Shown here one piece after another: positions 21,663-35,809 of a stretch of DNA of 64,000 bases. Under the pieces are notes generated by a model that made no database searches, had not been told where the DNA came from, and saw only the letters and a program-made list of their open reading frames with translations. Position 1 is the stretch's first letter; each line of letters begins with the position of its first letter. Both the position numbers and the translations under genes were made by a program. Origin of the DNA: Bigelowiella natans CCMP2755. Its lineage: Eukaryota > Protista > Cercozoa. The stretch is from the NCBI GenBank assembly GCA_000320545.1, contig ADNK01001014.1, forward strand, positions 1 through 64,000. The letters run 5' to 3'.

Positions 21663-22410
21663 AACGTGGAGATATTATGATTCAATTTTAACCAAGAATA
21701 ACTAGTGATGAGAGAGAAAAATGCAAAAACAACAATGATGAAGTAATTAATCCAGTTAGAAAATAAGATTGTATGAATTTATAGTTTTTTAAAAATACAA
21801 AGCATCAACCTTGCATTTTGTCATAAAAATTAAGACTTTATTTGCGCAACTATACAGCACATTCAGCGCGCTACCCGCCATGCGTGCTGCTTGCCAACTC
21901 AAAGACGTGCATGCATGACAACGCATCAGCGCAAGTGTCAAGATATTTGGTGGTTTTCATCAATCTGGACACCACCGCAACAATTGCATGCTGCGTACAC
22001 ACATGTGCGCCCGCAGTAGTCGTTGTCTGGTTTAGTGGTAGGCGCAGACGCTTATACACTATTCCCAGGTATTCAGGGGACAAATTTGCCAAGCTAGCAA
22101 GGCCAGCGCAACAAATGCACAGACAACACGCTAGCACGCCATGCTAGCATGCTAGCATGCTCTAGTGCTACCACACCATTGCAGAGAATTGAGGTTTTGC
22201 TTGTGTGCATGGAAACACACACACACATGCACATGTGTGCAAGTACATATATGTGTTTACACATGTGTAGCCATTTGATAGCACATTATATTGTTAATCA
22301 ATGATCGCACATTGGCAGGCGACACATAGCAGACAACGTTCCCCTTGTCATGCATTCCATTTTTAGCAAAACCAGCTGTTTTCATGATGTTTACGGTACT
22401 GCCATGATGT

Positions 22411-22677
22411 TTACGGTACTGCTTCACCGCCATCACCTCCAACTCTCTCCCCCTCCTCGTTTTTAGCATTCCCTTCACTTCTTCCGGTGCTATATTTGTC
22501 GTTGTCGTTGCTATAGTCAGCCATCCCATCACCATCTAAGTCGCTTGGGTTATCGAGACGGCGTTTGACGTACGATGTTAGTGTGTTGCCGTTCAGATAG
22601 TCATCCAGATCTGCAGACCACAGCCCTGCGAGTAGCAAGTAGTATATAAGAAGTCTGGTGATATGTAGAAGGCTAAT

Positions 22678-22766
<89 letters not shown>

Positions 22767-23499
22767 CGCACACACGCACACACGCACACACGCACACACG
22801 CACACACGCAAATATATGATGTTTCCAATTACACACCTGCACCGCCGAGGCCACGGCTTAGCACAAGATTAACCTTCCGCTTCAGCGTCATCTCCGCCTC
22901 AAACGATACGAATTGGGAGTAGAAGGTCAGGTACAAGCTTTGCGAGCCTGGATCCAACAGGGTCCGTGCACCCGCTAGCAGCAGCATATACACAACCATC
23001 ATCTCTCACGAAAGCATCGTATTGAACTCGATGATAATATAGGCATTATGTTGTGTTGGGATGTAGCAGCAAGGTATTCAGCAGCAGCAGCAGCTGCAGC
23101 AAGATGTAAGATCGCTGCTCGTGGACAATTCTAACATTATTTACGTATGGTGGTGCAGGCCCTCACGCCACTGGAGAAACACCAGTGATTATTCTGAAAA
23201 AGAATGATAGCTATGCTCGCTGCTCTGCGGAGATCATGCGCCTGATTTGTGCATGGTTTCCGCGGAGCATTGACTCCTAATCAACTTGTATTTTTGTGTC
23301 GCATCCTCCCTCTCTGCTGTCGTACATTTGATAAGCTCAACGATTTCGTAATAGGCTAGCAGTCCTGGTTCCCGTGTCCACTGATATCGTACAATCATTG
23401 TCACCATTTCATTCCCACATAACGACGACGATGATGATGATGATGGTGGTGGTGATGAGGATGAGTAGGAACACTTACACACTCTTAAAAACACACACG

Positions 23500-23534
<35 letters not shown>

Positions 23535-25729
23535 CTGCCCTGGTACGCCGCACCATCCGTAAGACGTGCCGAGCATGATATCGGAGCTTGCACTAGTCCA
23601 ACTCCTGCCACATGTTACATTTGCATGCATGTATGCGTGGGGGTGGGTAATCATCATAGTGATGTGCGACATATGCGTTATACACGTGATGATCTTAGAA
23701 CAGCGATATATCCTCCTCCTCCTCCTCCTCCTCCTCCTCCTCCTTTCCCCTCATATTCCCTCTATACTACCGGCCAAAGACGCCCATATTGAGAACTATC
23801 TTGTGGTAGGGGACACCGTGCTTTTTGCGCCAACGCTGCAATGAGTTTCGGACTGATGAGTAGCCTAGAAATGCCTGATGACGGGTATGGTGATAAAATA
23901 ACAATGTGTGTGTGTGTTTGTGTGTGTATGTGTGCGCGCGCGCGCTCGCGTACACGCAACATCTTAATGACGATTGTATAGCAAACATATCACCAATCGG
24001 TGCTTGAAGTCTGCTGCAGATTCTTCCTCCCACTCGTCGTTAGCGTAATGATATAGGTCATCGTCATTGTCCAGGTTGCTTGTGGTGGCTCTTCTGTGCG
24101 CGTTGTCGTAGCTAAGAGGCACGTGAGATGCCATCCTCGACTGCCAGCAGCCCGACCGATCATACACAATCATCCCAACATATGAGAATATCTTCCAACG
24201 CGAAAGAACCTGTGATGATGATGATGATGATGATGATGATGACGATGACGGGAGTATTAGCAAATTGATGTTTTGCTCAGTAGACGTAGGGAAGAATGAA
24301 GAATGGTGTTGCAAGTAATTATATCACGACGTTAGTTTTGTTAGATGATGAAGCAACACTTCATCATTTATCATTGGCATCGCCGTTGTATGCGGAAAGA
24401 CAGCAAAGGAATCACGCTCCTATCATCGTCTCAACGACGTAGGAAAAGGTATGAACGATGATCCAGCAGCGCGTCCATTATTACCACGACATCATTATCA
24501 TCATCATCATCATCATCATCATCTTGAATCAATCTGTTCTTCTCATCATCGTCGTTGTCAGGTGCTTGTCACGACATTATCTTCAAGGTTTAAGGAGCCA
24601 GCACCAATAGCCACCCCTAGCTCGAAGTTTGCCCGCCTTTCGCAGTGTGGAAAGAAGGGAACAGATTAGGCATGATTGGCACGAACAACACTAGTTACTA
24701 TTCTCTCTCACACACGCACACACGCGCACACGCGCCAAAAACAAGCTAGTTATATCTGCTATGCTGCTGCTGCTGCTGTAGTAGTAGCAGCATTGGCATT
24801 GCGTTTTGAATCACCACCACCACCACCAGCATCACCACCACCTCTGCCTGATGTTCTTCGGATCTTGGCTCAGACGATGAGGGCGCCAGTGTTCCAAAAC
24901 AGCACTAAAAGCGTCTATCAGCGTGCCCAACCCTGACACATCGCCATCGGCGGCGGCTTCATTGTCGTTGTTGTTTCTTGCTGCGCCTTTGCTTTTCTTT
25001 CCTCTCCTTCTTCCCCTTCTTCTGCCTTCATGGCCGCTACTAGCCGGTGGTGCTGCGGGATGATGTGTGAGTTGTTGGCGGTTAGTAATAACGCCATCAG
25101 GCTTTTTAAAAAAAAGGTATTTGTATATTTGTATACTGAATAGTACGGCATGCAGTGGCCATTTTAAAATTTGACTAAGATATATCCGCAGTAGTAGTTC
25201 ATCGACCCTCACCGTCGGTAGCAGCATCACCAGAGGCTGGAGATTCCTTTTCCAAAGCCGTGAAGGAGGAGGAGGAGGATGAGGAAGAGGAGGAGGAAGA
25301 GAGGAAGACATATGGCTTGGCGGGGGGGGGTACGTTGAAATGTAGTTCTAATCCGTCGAATCCATTGTAAAGCGCATAGTCCAGCTAATAGTTGGCAATA
25401 AGGGGGGGGGGGGGGAGAAAACGAAAAAAGAATAAGGAGGAGGAGGAGGAGGAAGAATAAGATATTGCTGTCTCTATTCTTCTTGTCGTTGATGATGAGT
25501 GACGATGATAGTGTACTGCATGTTGCTTTGATCCATAAGGTTAAGAACGAATCAACAAGCACGCACGGCATCTTCTCCAACTATGATTTATTTTCTTGTT
25601 GTGGGCTTTTCATTGCTTTGAGCACCGCTGATTGAGCAAATCTTCGCGCTCGGACAGGGTCATGAGACCATGATAATGCCTCGTGCCTGTTTCGTATACA
25701 GTTCCACACGCACACACACACACACACAC

Positions 25730-25764
<35 letters not shown>

Positions 25765-25789
25765 AAGCAAACTGTGAACATATATACTG

Positions 25790-25824
<35 letters not shown>

Positions 25825-26471
25825 GCTTCTACTATTATCTACCACTACTTACTACTACATTGACAATATCAACCACATCTTTCATCATTGAACAAGCGAA
25901 TCATAAGATTTACCAATATCACGTTTTAGTAGGAAAAAATATCATTATTCCTCAAATCTCCCTCCTTGCCTACCCCCCTCACACACACTCTCACACAAAC
26001 ACGCACAAGCACACCTACCGTCGGTCGCCAGCGCCTATGTCTTGACCATCTTTGTTCTCCTCCTCCTCCTTCTTCTTCTTCTTCTTCTCCAGCTCTCCGT
26101 CATCATCGTCATCATTGTCATCATCATCATCGCCATCATCATGGTGGTAGTGGTGCCTTCGGTGAAACCGTTGATCAAACATTCTCGAGACGTTGGGGCA
26201 CTTCTTCACGTAGCTCAGTTCCCCGATATCCGAGGGTATTATTCTTGACTGCGCACGCCGGATGGTGTACGCTCTTTGTTCCGACGGCTCCTTCCTCTCG
26301 CTATCACGTGATGGTGATGTGGAGGAGGAGGAGGAGGAGGAGGAGGAAGATGTGCCCCCCCTTGCTGCTGGCAAGGATGTGTTTTGGTGAGGAGAATGTT
26401 TCGTCTTCTCGCCGTTGCAATCGGTTGTGATTGTGTCGTTCTTAACGCACATGCCTTCAGGAACTAAAACA

Positions 26472-26521
<50 letters not shown>

Positions 26522-27279
26522 GTACATAGATGATGATGATGATGATGATGATGATGACGAAAACGATGATGACAACTTCGTCGACTCTAGGCTTGCAACG
26601 ATGATGGTGATGATGGTGATGACGATGATGACGATATCGATATATAGCTATAATTTTCTTTTTCTTTTTTTCTTCTTCTTCTTCCTATTCTCTCTTCGGA
26701 CCAATACAAGTATTACTACTACTACTTCTTGTTGTTGCCCTTCTTCTTCTTCTTCTTCTTCTTCTTCTTCTTCATCATCTGCTACTTCTAGTAACCTGGT
26801 CCTGAAGTAATTCCCCCACAAGAATCAGCCAAACTCCAGCACATCTGAGAATCCATCGTTTCAGTCAGAAATCGCTTTATTTATCACCATTTATCGTCAT
26901 ATGCAAGGATGCTGCTGCTGATGATGATGATACAACGCTTGCCAACACACTACTTCTCGCCATTGATCGATTCTGATCCAACCTCCATTATTATCACCAT
27001 GCCATCGTCATCTCAAAAATCCAAATACATTGGGGCTCTCTTCTACAGCAGGATTCAGCTAGACCGTTCCGAAGCAAGAAACAAAAACAATCCCCCCCCC
27101 CCCCCTCCCCCTTCCTTCCCTCCCTCCCCAATAACGCCATCAAGACCCTTGCTGCGGCCTCCAAACTTCCGTAGTACGTAGGGGGGGAGGGTGCCGTGGC
27201 GTGAGTTGAAGGCAGTTCTGCATGGCCTTCGATCAAACCCTCGATAGGCCCATGGAACCTTTTGTTGCATCATATCGTG

Positions 27280-27318
<39 letters not shown>

Positions 27319-28460
27319 CAAGATATAAGTAGTATGAACAATTTCCGAGCAATGAATGAGTGCTATGGTAAAGAGGATGATGGAGAGAGTTGATGACGGC
27401 GGAGATCGGATTGATGATTCTGAGCAACTATCGACGGGTTTTGGCCGCCAACGACAAAGCTGGGGAACCAAACAGCATCGATGGTTTTTATCGGATGATC
27501 AAAGAAATTGCATCCTCGGAAAACAACCTCTTGATTTTAGTCAAATATAGTGCAGCTTCGTGTCGTTAAAGATGACGAATGGTGTTTAACGTGTGATGTC
27601 GTCAAAATCTGACTGCTGCTGTTGCGGCTGCGGCGTGCTATATGATGATATTGTGCAACTTACGAGCAGTCTCTCTGAGAGGAAGGATTGGACCCCAGAG
27701 CAAGCAGAACTTTGATGCTGTGGGAATGGAAAAGTAATGATGATGATGATGATGATGATGTACGTTAATGTTGGTCGCACAGACACGTAGACACGCAGGC
27801 ACGAACGCATTTGTATGTTTTTGTGTACTTGCTCGTGTATTATGTATAAAATTAAAATTACTCCTTCGCATATGCCTCTTCTTCTTCTTCTAACTAAATC
27901 ATGCTTCATACGAGTATTAACCGTGGGTTTTGCCGTCGCAGATGTTTTTGCAAGCGCCGGTACATTGCCATATCGTTCCACTGCGAGCAGTATTAACAAC
28001 ATAAGGATGATCAGCGATTACTGGAAAGTGCGGAGTGTAATACACGTATCGCATCCGCAAGTTCCGTAGCAGGATGGATTATGAACACCCTGGGTTTATC
28101 TAGGCAGTGGTAATATCCTTTGTTGACTATTAGTACAAATGTGCTGCTACTGCTACTACTACTATTACGCACCATTGCTGCAGCACTACACTACTACTAC
28201 AACTAGTACTATATGGGGAGGGGGAACATTATGGCGCATATGTTGGCACTACTATTACTACTACTACTACTACTACAACAAGTACTCTTGTTCTTCTACC
28301 TCCATCGGTTCGAGTGTGAGTCTCTTGGCATTGACAGTAGCGTAACAGAATACAACATGTGTGTATAGGGACGCATTCATGCCCTCGGGCTGAAATCTAG
28401 GAGGGTCATCATCAAATAAAGGCCGTAGATTATCCACAGTCAGCGCCCGTAACACACACA

Positions 28461-28491
<31 letters not shown>

Positions 28492-29066
28492 GTATACACG
28501 CACATATCATGTATCTGCACATATAATGTTAACCTGCCAGCCAGCGTTACGTATCATGCTACCAACATCCACCACCATCATCTTTATCATCCACCATTAT
28601 CATCATCATTATCATCATCATCGTCGTCGTCATCATCATCGTGATTTGACTTCTATCCTCTCAACACAGCTCATTCTAAAGCATCATCAACATCATCATC
28701 ACCACCATCATCATCCGCATGCAAGTGAATCGTTCATCATCATCTATTACGAGGCTGGGTCTGGACGGTATTGTGACCAGTTGGTATAGTATCCTATCAT
28801 CTTCTTCGCAGCAAAAGATACCTAATTGTGGACAGCCAACCAAATATGACAATAATCACAACACTCCTAAGAGAGGGTGTGGGAAAGCGCATCGTGATTA
28901 TCTTTCTCAAATCATGTCTGAAACTTCCAATCGTCCATTCTTCTTATCTTCCTGCGGTTTTACTGTACAATACGGGCTTTACTTGAGGAAGAGCAAAGAT
29001 GAATCCCAGGATCACAAGCCTTTGGACCCAGCGATGATGGCGCTGATGATGGATGGTCACAGCCAT
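22411..29066 (-). CDS. Secreted GH18 chitinase-like protein (chitotriosidase/AMCase type) with a degenerate catalytic motif
   Basis: Signal peptide (RLVILGFIFALPQ|VSFA), then GYYTNWSQYRPDPAS|FQPEG...LYTHVVFCYA...E|WNDMAMY...NPR|IKVLLALG, ARRFAQSA|LDYALYNGFDGLELHFN, VYDRSGCW, KIVLNMGVFGR, GVPGQ|WTREPGLLAYYEI, SQFVSFE and GLGGA|GLWSADLDDY. These are all GH18 landmarks in the correct order. Confidence 0.9.
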
Positions 29067-29487
29067 CGGAGCTTTGCTTTCTCTTGCTCGCTTGCTGATT
29101 TGCAATCGAGGCCGATGGAGGAGGTAAACAAGAAGAAGAAGAAGGAAAGGACGGAGAAGAAGGGGGATGAGAGTAAGGTCTATATGACTCGTTTTCCAAT
29201 ATCCGCCACCACTTTCCCCCTCCCTGGTTCCCGATAATCGGGAGAGTGGTGATCTCTTGCAATGGCACGATCAGTTGCAGTCGAAATTGGTGTTTTTGCT
29301 GTGGCAGTTTAACGGTGATTTCTGTGAGTGCGTCTGGCCTGTTTCCTTGTCGTACTTACTGAATCGGTGGGACAAGCAGCAGACAGGAAGGTGTTCTCTT
29401 GTGGTGATTTTCCGTATGCGTCCTGCCTATTTTCTTGTCGCACCTTATTATCGGATCAGAGTCAACGAACGATCAACAGAGCCGACA

Positions 29488-29806
29488 ATGGTGCCACGCT
29501 CGGGGCACAAGCGAAGGCGAACGCAAATAGGTGCGATGATATCCACGCTTTTGGAGGACGAAGAGGTCATCATGTCGAAGAATCTTCTTAGTGATAGCCA
29601 TATAATCGAAATCGTGGATACATCCAATATCAAATAGGCGCGCGAGGCAATGGTGCAGCATCTAGCCGCTTCTGGGCTCTCGATCGATGCAACACAGCAT
29701 CTCTTTACGACATTTATTCGCAGTTGGACACCACCGGACGACCTACGGTCATCAAAATCCAAATGAATCTTCGAATCGTCAACCTAACACTTGTTTATTT
29801 TTATGT

Positions 29807-29850
<44 letters not shown>

Positions 29851-30444
29851 GTGGCGTGTGTTCTCATAACTACACAGTTCATGTATCGTGTTGAACCAAG
29901 AACGCAACGAGCAGGTGCTGTTCTTTGGATGGTCGTCGAAACTATCCCGGCAGCATGTGGACTTCATCCAGACTCACTGTAAGAATGCTTCGGCTGGCTT
30001 CATAGAACTCGGCGCTGGTGTGACATAACGCTACGCAAATGTCTATACATGCACGTTAACCTCTCCCCTGTCCCCCCTCCCCCCTCACCAACTTTCACGT
30101 TATAGTACATACCAACTGTGCGTCTAAATTCGCACACAAGCGTAAATTATGATGAAGTGATGATATTGATCGCGGCGATGATGGTTGTGATTCAGGAAGC
30201 GGATGGCTTGCTTACCTCCTGCGAGACCGTGGCTGTAAGATAGAGGCATATGATTCCAAAAAGGTGATTGTACCAAACGATATCACTCATAATCCGTCAC
30301 AAGGACTTCCCTGATCTTTGTACCCCCTCGTTTGACTGCCAATACAAAGGGTTCTACATTCGTACAATACTGGACTCGTCTGCCGTGGTTTGATCTAGTT
30401 CAATCCGGCTCTATCGATAGGTTGTCGCTGTCCAACCAGCAACA

Positions 30445-30484
<40 letters not shown>

Positions 30485-31199
30485 AATATCCAAGGATCAG
30501 AGCATGAGCAAAAGAATGTCGATCTTCGTACGCTACTTCTCTGCTGGCCTGAGCTGGACTCGTCGTTTGCAGCTGATGCGTTGAAGGCATTTCGGTGTGT
30601 TTGCGTGTTTGCGTGTTGATATCGCTATCTTCATCCCCCCCTCCCTGTCTTCATCGTCGTGGTCGTCGCTATTATCACCTTGCTATCCCCGCTGTCGTTG
30701 CGCTTCTTCGTCGTTCATTACTTCACCGAACTACACTGCTATTGGTGCTACCTCTACCCAATACCTTCTGGATTTCTTCTTTCTCTTTCTGTATTCAGAG
30801 GGTCCCGACTCGTGTACATAGGAGAAGGAAGGGGAGGGGCTACAGCGAGGAAAGGTAGATAACGATAGTAGTTTTTGGCCTCTTGCTGCTGCCGACTGGT
30901 GTTGTGATTGGTCATGATAATGTTCTCGCCTGTTACGTGCTGTATTCTCAGATTTCTTCGATTTGCTGGCGAAGGAGTGGACCGTCGCCGCACAGATGGG
31001 TTTGAAGGAAAGTAGCAGCGATAGAGGTGACACAATGGTTACTAGCAGCGGCACTACCAAAGGGAGTCCTTCTTTTTCGGCTGAAGGTAACGACGTTAGC
31101 GGTACGAGTGAAGAAAAAGAGGGAACAGTCCGTCGGCGACATCACAACTCAGAAGAAGAAATTTTGGACGATGGTGTATGGGTATATGAGCGCAAGTAA
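29488..31199 (+). CDS. Class I SAM-dependent methyltransferase-like protein of unknown substrate
   Basis: Phase-consistent exons 29488-29613, 29659-29747, 29878-30017, 30196-30263, 30350-30594, 30799-30854, 30952-31199. Motifs: motif I FIELGAG|SGWLAYLLRDRG, then IEAYD, LLLCWPE, LVYIGEGRGGATA and FFDLLAKEW. Confidence 0.8.
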
Positions 31200-32146
31200 G
31201 TAGTGTCGATAGTTACGCCTAGAACGACGACTCCCACGTGCAACTCAACACTACAAACATGGCAGCATCTGTACAGCCATTTATGCTGCAGCCCGGGTGT
31301 ATCGATTGATTATAACCATGGCGCGGTTTAAGCCTGCAATGATGAGTACACAAAGTTCGGGTGGCCCATTATGAGCAAAAGTGCAGACTCGGCTCATAAT
31401 CAAAGCGGAGATACAGAGCGCATAGCGCAGCGCTATAGCTAGGCGATAAGCCATACAACAGCTGTGAGAAAATAGACAAGATAGGCTCGGCTCCACATCC
31501 AGCGTACTAGCGTACTACTACATATAACGTAGAGCGTAAGCACAGTCGTAGCCAATTAACTTTTTCGTCAATTTGATACACGATGAGCATATTAAACGCG
31601 CGTGACACGTACCTTGACACACGTGCCAATCTAGCAATGCATGAGACGGATATAATGAAATGTTTAAATTTTTTCAATGTACCATCACTACTTTCTTGCA
31701 CACCGCTAGACCGCCCCTCTAGCCCTATGTGCGCGGCGGGCATAGCATTGCATCGTGTTGCAAAGAGTTGCGACTGCCCCACAAGCGAGTCCATGTTGCT
31801 GCTATCTTATTGAGCCGAAACAACTTCATGTGCACTACTAGACCGTGTCATGCTGATGGGGTGTAAGTCACAGCTGCACATTCGGTCATTGTAGAATGTG
31901 CTTCACACAACGTCGTCGCTTATTGCGCTCGCATCATAACCCCAGAAAACTAGATGCATGTATGTACGCTAATTGTTAAGAGTTCATTTTTATTAATCAT
32001 AATAACAACCATCTATCGTTTAATTTATGAGTTAATTCGGCTCTCACTTCTGGTTGTATCTATGTCATATATACTTGGCTTATATATGACGCCACTGCTA
32101 AGTACGAGTCTCATCATCGCCGTATATTCTTTGGCTATTATGTGCA

Positions 32147-32870
32147 TTATTCAAGCGCACGTCCTTTTGTCCTGATTGGAAGCATTGCCATGAACGCCGT
32201 GGATGCCTGTTATGTACCATAACGACCCGGTAATTGTACCAGCAATGATGCATTACGGCGAGTGCAACAAAACAAAATTGCGCTATAACGACACCGAATG
32301 CGATATGCACGGTTAGATATAGGAGGGTGGGAAGATAGGAGAAAACACGTCATTTGTGTTAGTATCTCTTGACCGTCATAAGCACGAAGTTGACAAATAC
32401 GATCAATGCCACTCCAGCTGGTAGCACGAGTAGCCCGCTACAAACGAGGGGGGCTAGCACACCCGACACTCTGCTGAGACCGCTCGCTATCCCCACACCC
32501 TGATGTGCGAAGAAGCGGTAGATTATAGATTGCCTTTAATATCATGTTAGTCTTACAGTTGAGTATTACGACCTCCGTATCCACGATTAAATAAGAACAA
32601 AAACGGAGAATTTTAACGAAATTTGTAAGTGAATGATTCAACTCGAAAGGCACTAAAATTGTGTTACAACGACCGTTCCCCTGACACTGGTTTTGTACAC
32701 TTCTGGCGTATACGTGTAGTAAGCCTGATGAAACAATATTGGGGTGTTTGAAAAAGACGAACACTCCTCCACCCCCTCCTCTCCACCCCCCCCCCCCTTT
32801 TTCTCGTACGTGCACACAAACACACACACACACACACACGCACACACACTCACAAAACACAAAGAGTAAG

Positions 32871-32916
<46 letters not shown>

Positions 32917-33070
32917 GAGGTAAGTATAGAGAGTCACGGATGCTGCATGTTGTTCGTGCTTCTGTTGTGAAAAGTACCGCAAACATCACCATTGACGCAA
33001 CATTAATAAGACAAGACATAGCGATAACCTAATGACACACACACACACACACACACATATCAATATATTG

Positions 33071-33117
<47 letters not shown>

Positions 33118-33390
33118 ATCAAACATCCAATAAGTTCATCACCATCATCACCATAATCATCATCATCATCGTCGTCGTCGTTTTCCCAACCACCGCCGTT
33201 GCTCGCAATACTGTCACGCTAGCACTGTTATCGTTCTTGTCATCAGGATCATGGCTTATCACTACCTCCGCCTCGTTATTGACGAGATAGAAGAGCATCA
33301 TACAACAGGCAGTGATCCCCGTGCTAATCACCTGCAGCACAAGTATACAGAGGAGGAATAATACGATCGGTAGCTAAATATGATAAAAGT

Positions 33391-33421
<31 letters not shown>

Positions 33422-35809
33422 CCACAAACGCAGATTTATTGTCGCATCCTCTCGGCCACCACATCCCATAAGTCCTATGAGTCACACTGCTGTGAGTTTC
33501 TACACTACCACCGCCACAACAAACACACGCTCTCTTTTGCTTGGTTCTCGGTCATACGACTATTTTGGCTTCTTCTCTCTGCTGCTGCTGCTCTCCTTCG
33601 CTGTACCATCGTCCATTTTCTCCCAAGAGCGGACTCAACGAGACGTGATCCCATTAGCGAACCTGGTACACCAGCCGCTGAGTAGAGAAGCGCATCTCGA
33701 TACACGTTGCTTGTGGTTATGTTCTTAGCCTGACGACGAAAGAAGGGTAAAGAGAGAGTGGGTGGGGGGGGGGGGGGATGGAGAGAAGATGTCAACCGAC
33801 AGGCGATCATCATAGGAAATCATTCGTGAGCGTCACGTCACGTACAGATGCACTAGCGAGTGAGAAAAAATGCGTACACCTCGAGAAGCCTTGTAAGGAA
33901 GACATTAAAGCCCGTATAAGCGTATGTTGTACAGAACCATATCCCCCACAGCAGCAACGTCGTCCGGTACATATGTCTTCCCTCGAACAACTTCTTCACG
34001 CTCGCTAAGCACTGGTGGCATGAAGAAGATGACGATGATGCAGACGACGCCTCCTGTCGTATTTATGTGCGGTGTCACGTAAGAGATTGACCGGATGGCC
34101 ATGTGTAGTCAGCAGCAGACAAGAACACGTGATGACTGACTACGGCTTTTCATTTCGTAAAACGTGCTCGAATGAAAAACTGAAACACTTACTCAAACAC
34201 ACACACACACACACACACACACTCGATAGAACGAAGAGAGAGAGGGGGGGGGGGGGGCAGGGAGGGGGCGGACCTTAATTCCGAGTTCTTGATTTTCCTT
34301 AATCTCTTCGGTGAGATTTTGAATTAAGGCCCGTACTTGTGGCCCAACGTCATTCTGCCTTGCCATGTACCTTAGCACCTCCTGAGCTCCCTCAACGTCG
34401 CCGGAGAGAAGCAAGAAAGCAGGTGTCTGCGAGGCACGATGGAGACGCCAAATAAAATCACCAACACAACTTTTCCATCATAATTTTTTCCAATATTCTT
34501 ATTAAACATGAGTACACAGTCAGAACAAATAATGCAGTAGGGATAGATTGGTCTACCTCTGGAAGGCCTACTCTGAGCATGACGGTGACGATATTTAACA
34601 CACCGAAAGATCCTACAACAAGACGCCAGCCCATGTTGGCGTGCCAAGGGCACGCACCATTCTTTGCACAGCTATAGGAGTTGATGTTCTTTATTTAGTA
34701 GCGGCAATGGTGGTAGCCAAGGCTGCAGTGACGACAATAACCACCACCACCACCACGATAATAATCATCACTAGCATCATTATCATCATCATCATCATCA
34801 TTGATCAGTACCTGTTCGAAGGGATTAATGCCCATGCTATTAGCGACACGAGGAACCCTCCCAAAGACCAAAAAACGGACAGTGCTACCAGCAAGCGTCC
34901 CCGGGCTAAACGCGGCGTAAACTCGGCGAACATCGCACCATCGACTGGCAAATTGCCTCCAACCTTCATATGATAGTTCGTTAGGTTGTTGTCCGCTATA
35001 TTTCTTCCTTTCAAGGTGCACTTTCGAACAACGCACATATTCTATAAGTAAAAACGCGCGCGCGCGTGTGTATGTGCGGCGTGTGCATGACGCAGACGAC
35101 ATTTCTTCGTGACTACTCACCCCGGTCCCAAGGGTGAAATAAAGGGCGATGAGCATCGGAAAGTTGACAGACATCGAGGCAGCCAGGCCGAAAACTCCAG
35201 CAATGAGCAATGTAGTGTTGAAAGCGAATTTTCGGCCAGTCGCATCCGCCCATCGTCCCCAAAAGTGTGATCCCACCTTAATTATCCACAGGATATCGAT
35301 AGTCGTCAAGAAACAGAGAAGAATATCAAAATCATGACAGAATAACTGACCGCCATTCCAATGAAAAGCGATGACGCTAAGAAGCCCGCTTGCCAGTCTT
35401 TCACTCCGAACTCCCTTTGTACAGAGGGAATGATTAGCGGTATTGTTTGCGTCCAGCCGTTATCAGCAGTCCATCCAGCGCCACATATCGCCATTAGCTT
35501 CCAGTGAAAATTCCCCACTCCGATCTTGGTCATAATCTTGTCGAGGCTCTGAGGAGTCTTGTTTACCATTAGAGGTTCAGAGACTTCTGGGAGAATTTAA
35601 GGAGGCAAGGGATGGGAAAGAGAAGGGGGAGAAGGAGGAGGAAAATGCCATTTACTCAACGTCAAACTCTGTCATGCTGAAAAGATACCTTCGGAAGTCG
35701 TTTCGGCTTTTTGGTCTTCTCCGGAAAAATACAGTGAGCCGTGGTCGATTTTACCGATGCTTCTCTGCGTATCAGTCTCGTTTATGATAGTCTGGCCATC
35801 ATTTTCCAT
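32147..35809 (-). CDS. MFS transporter, SV2-related/SVOP-like
   Basis: Exons give IGVGNFHWKLMAICGAGWTADNG, WGRWADATGRK, GGNLPVDGAMFAEFTP..RG, GWRLVV, TPAFLL, LGRKWTM, YTYTPEVYKTSVRGT, GLSRVSGVLAP and LPIRTKGRALE. An upstream exon (MENDGQ...TTSE|EVSEPLM) sets the start at 35809; further 5' exons up to about 36380 are possible. Confidence 0.88.

Noticed and set aside
23140-23195. In-frame TGA (VA*GPAPPY) as possible readthrough or selenocysteine in the GH18 gene
   Set aside because: The flanking GH18 exons join directly in phase (ELIK-S-GARTLLDP), so this segment is intronic.
25316-25333. 18-nt GT...AG segment resembling a nucleomorph-type tiny intron in the GH18 gene
   Set aside because: Removing it leads into a low-complexity frame that hits a stop. 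A normal intron to the ESP exon is more parsimonious.
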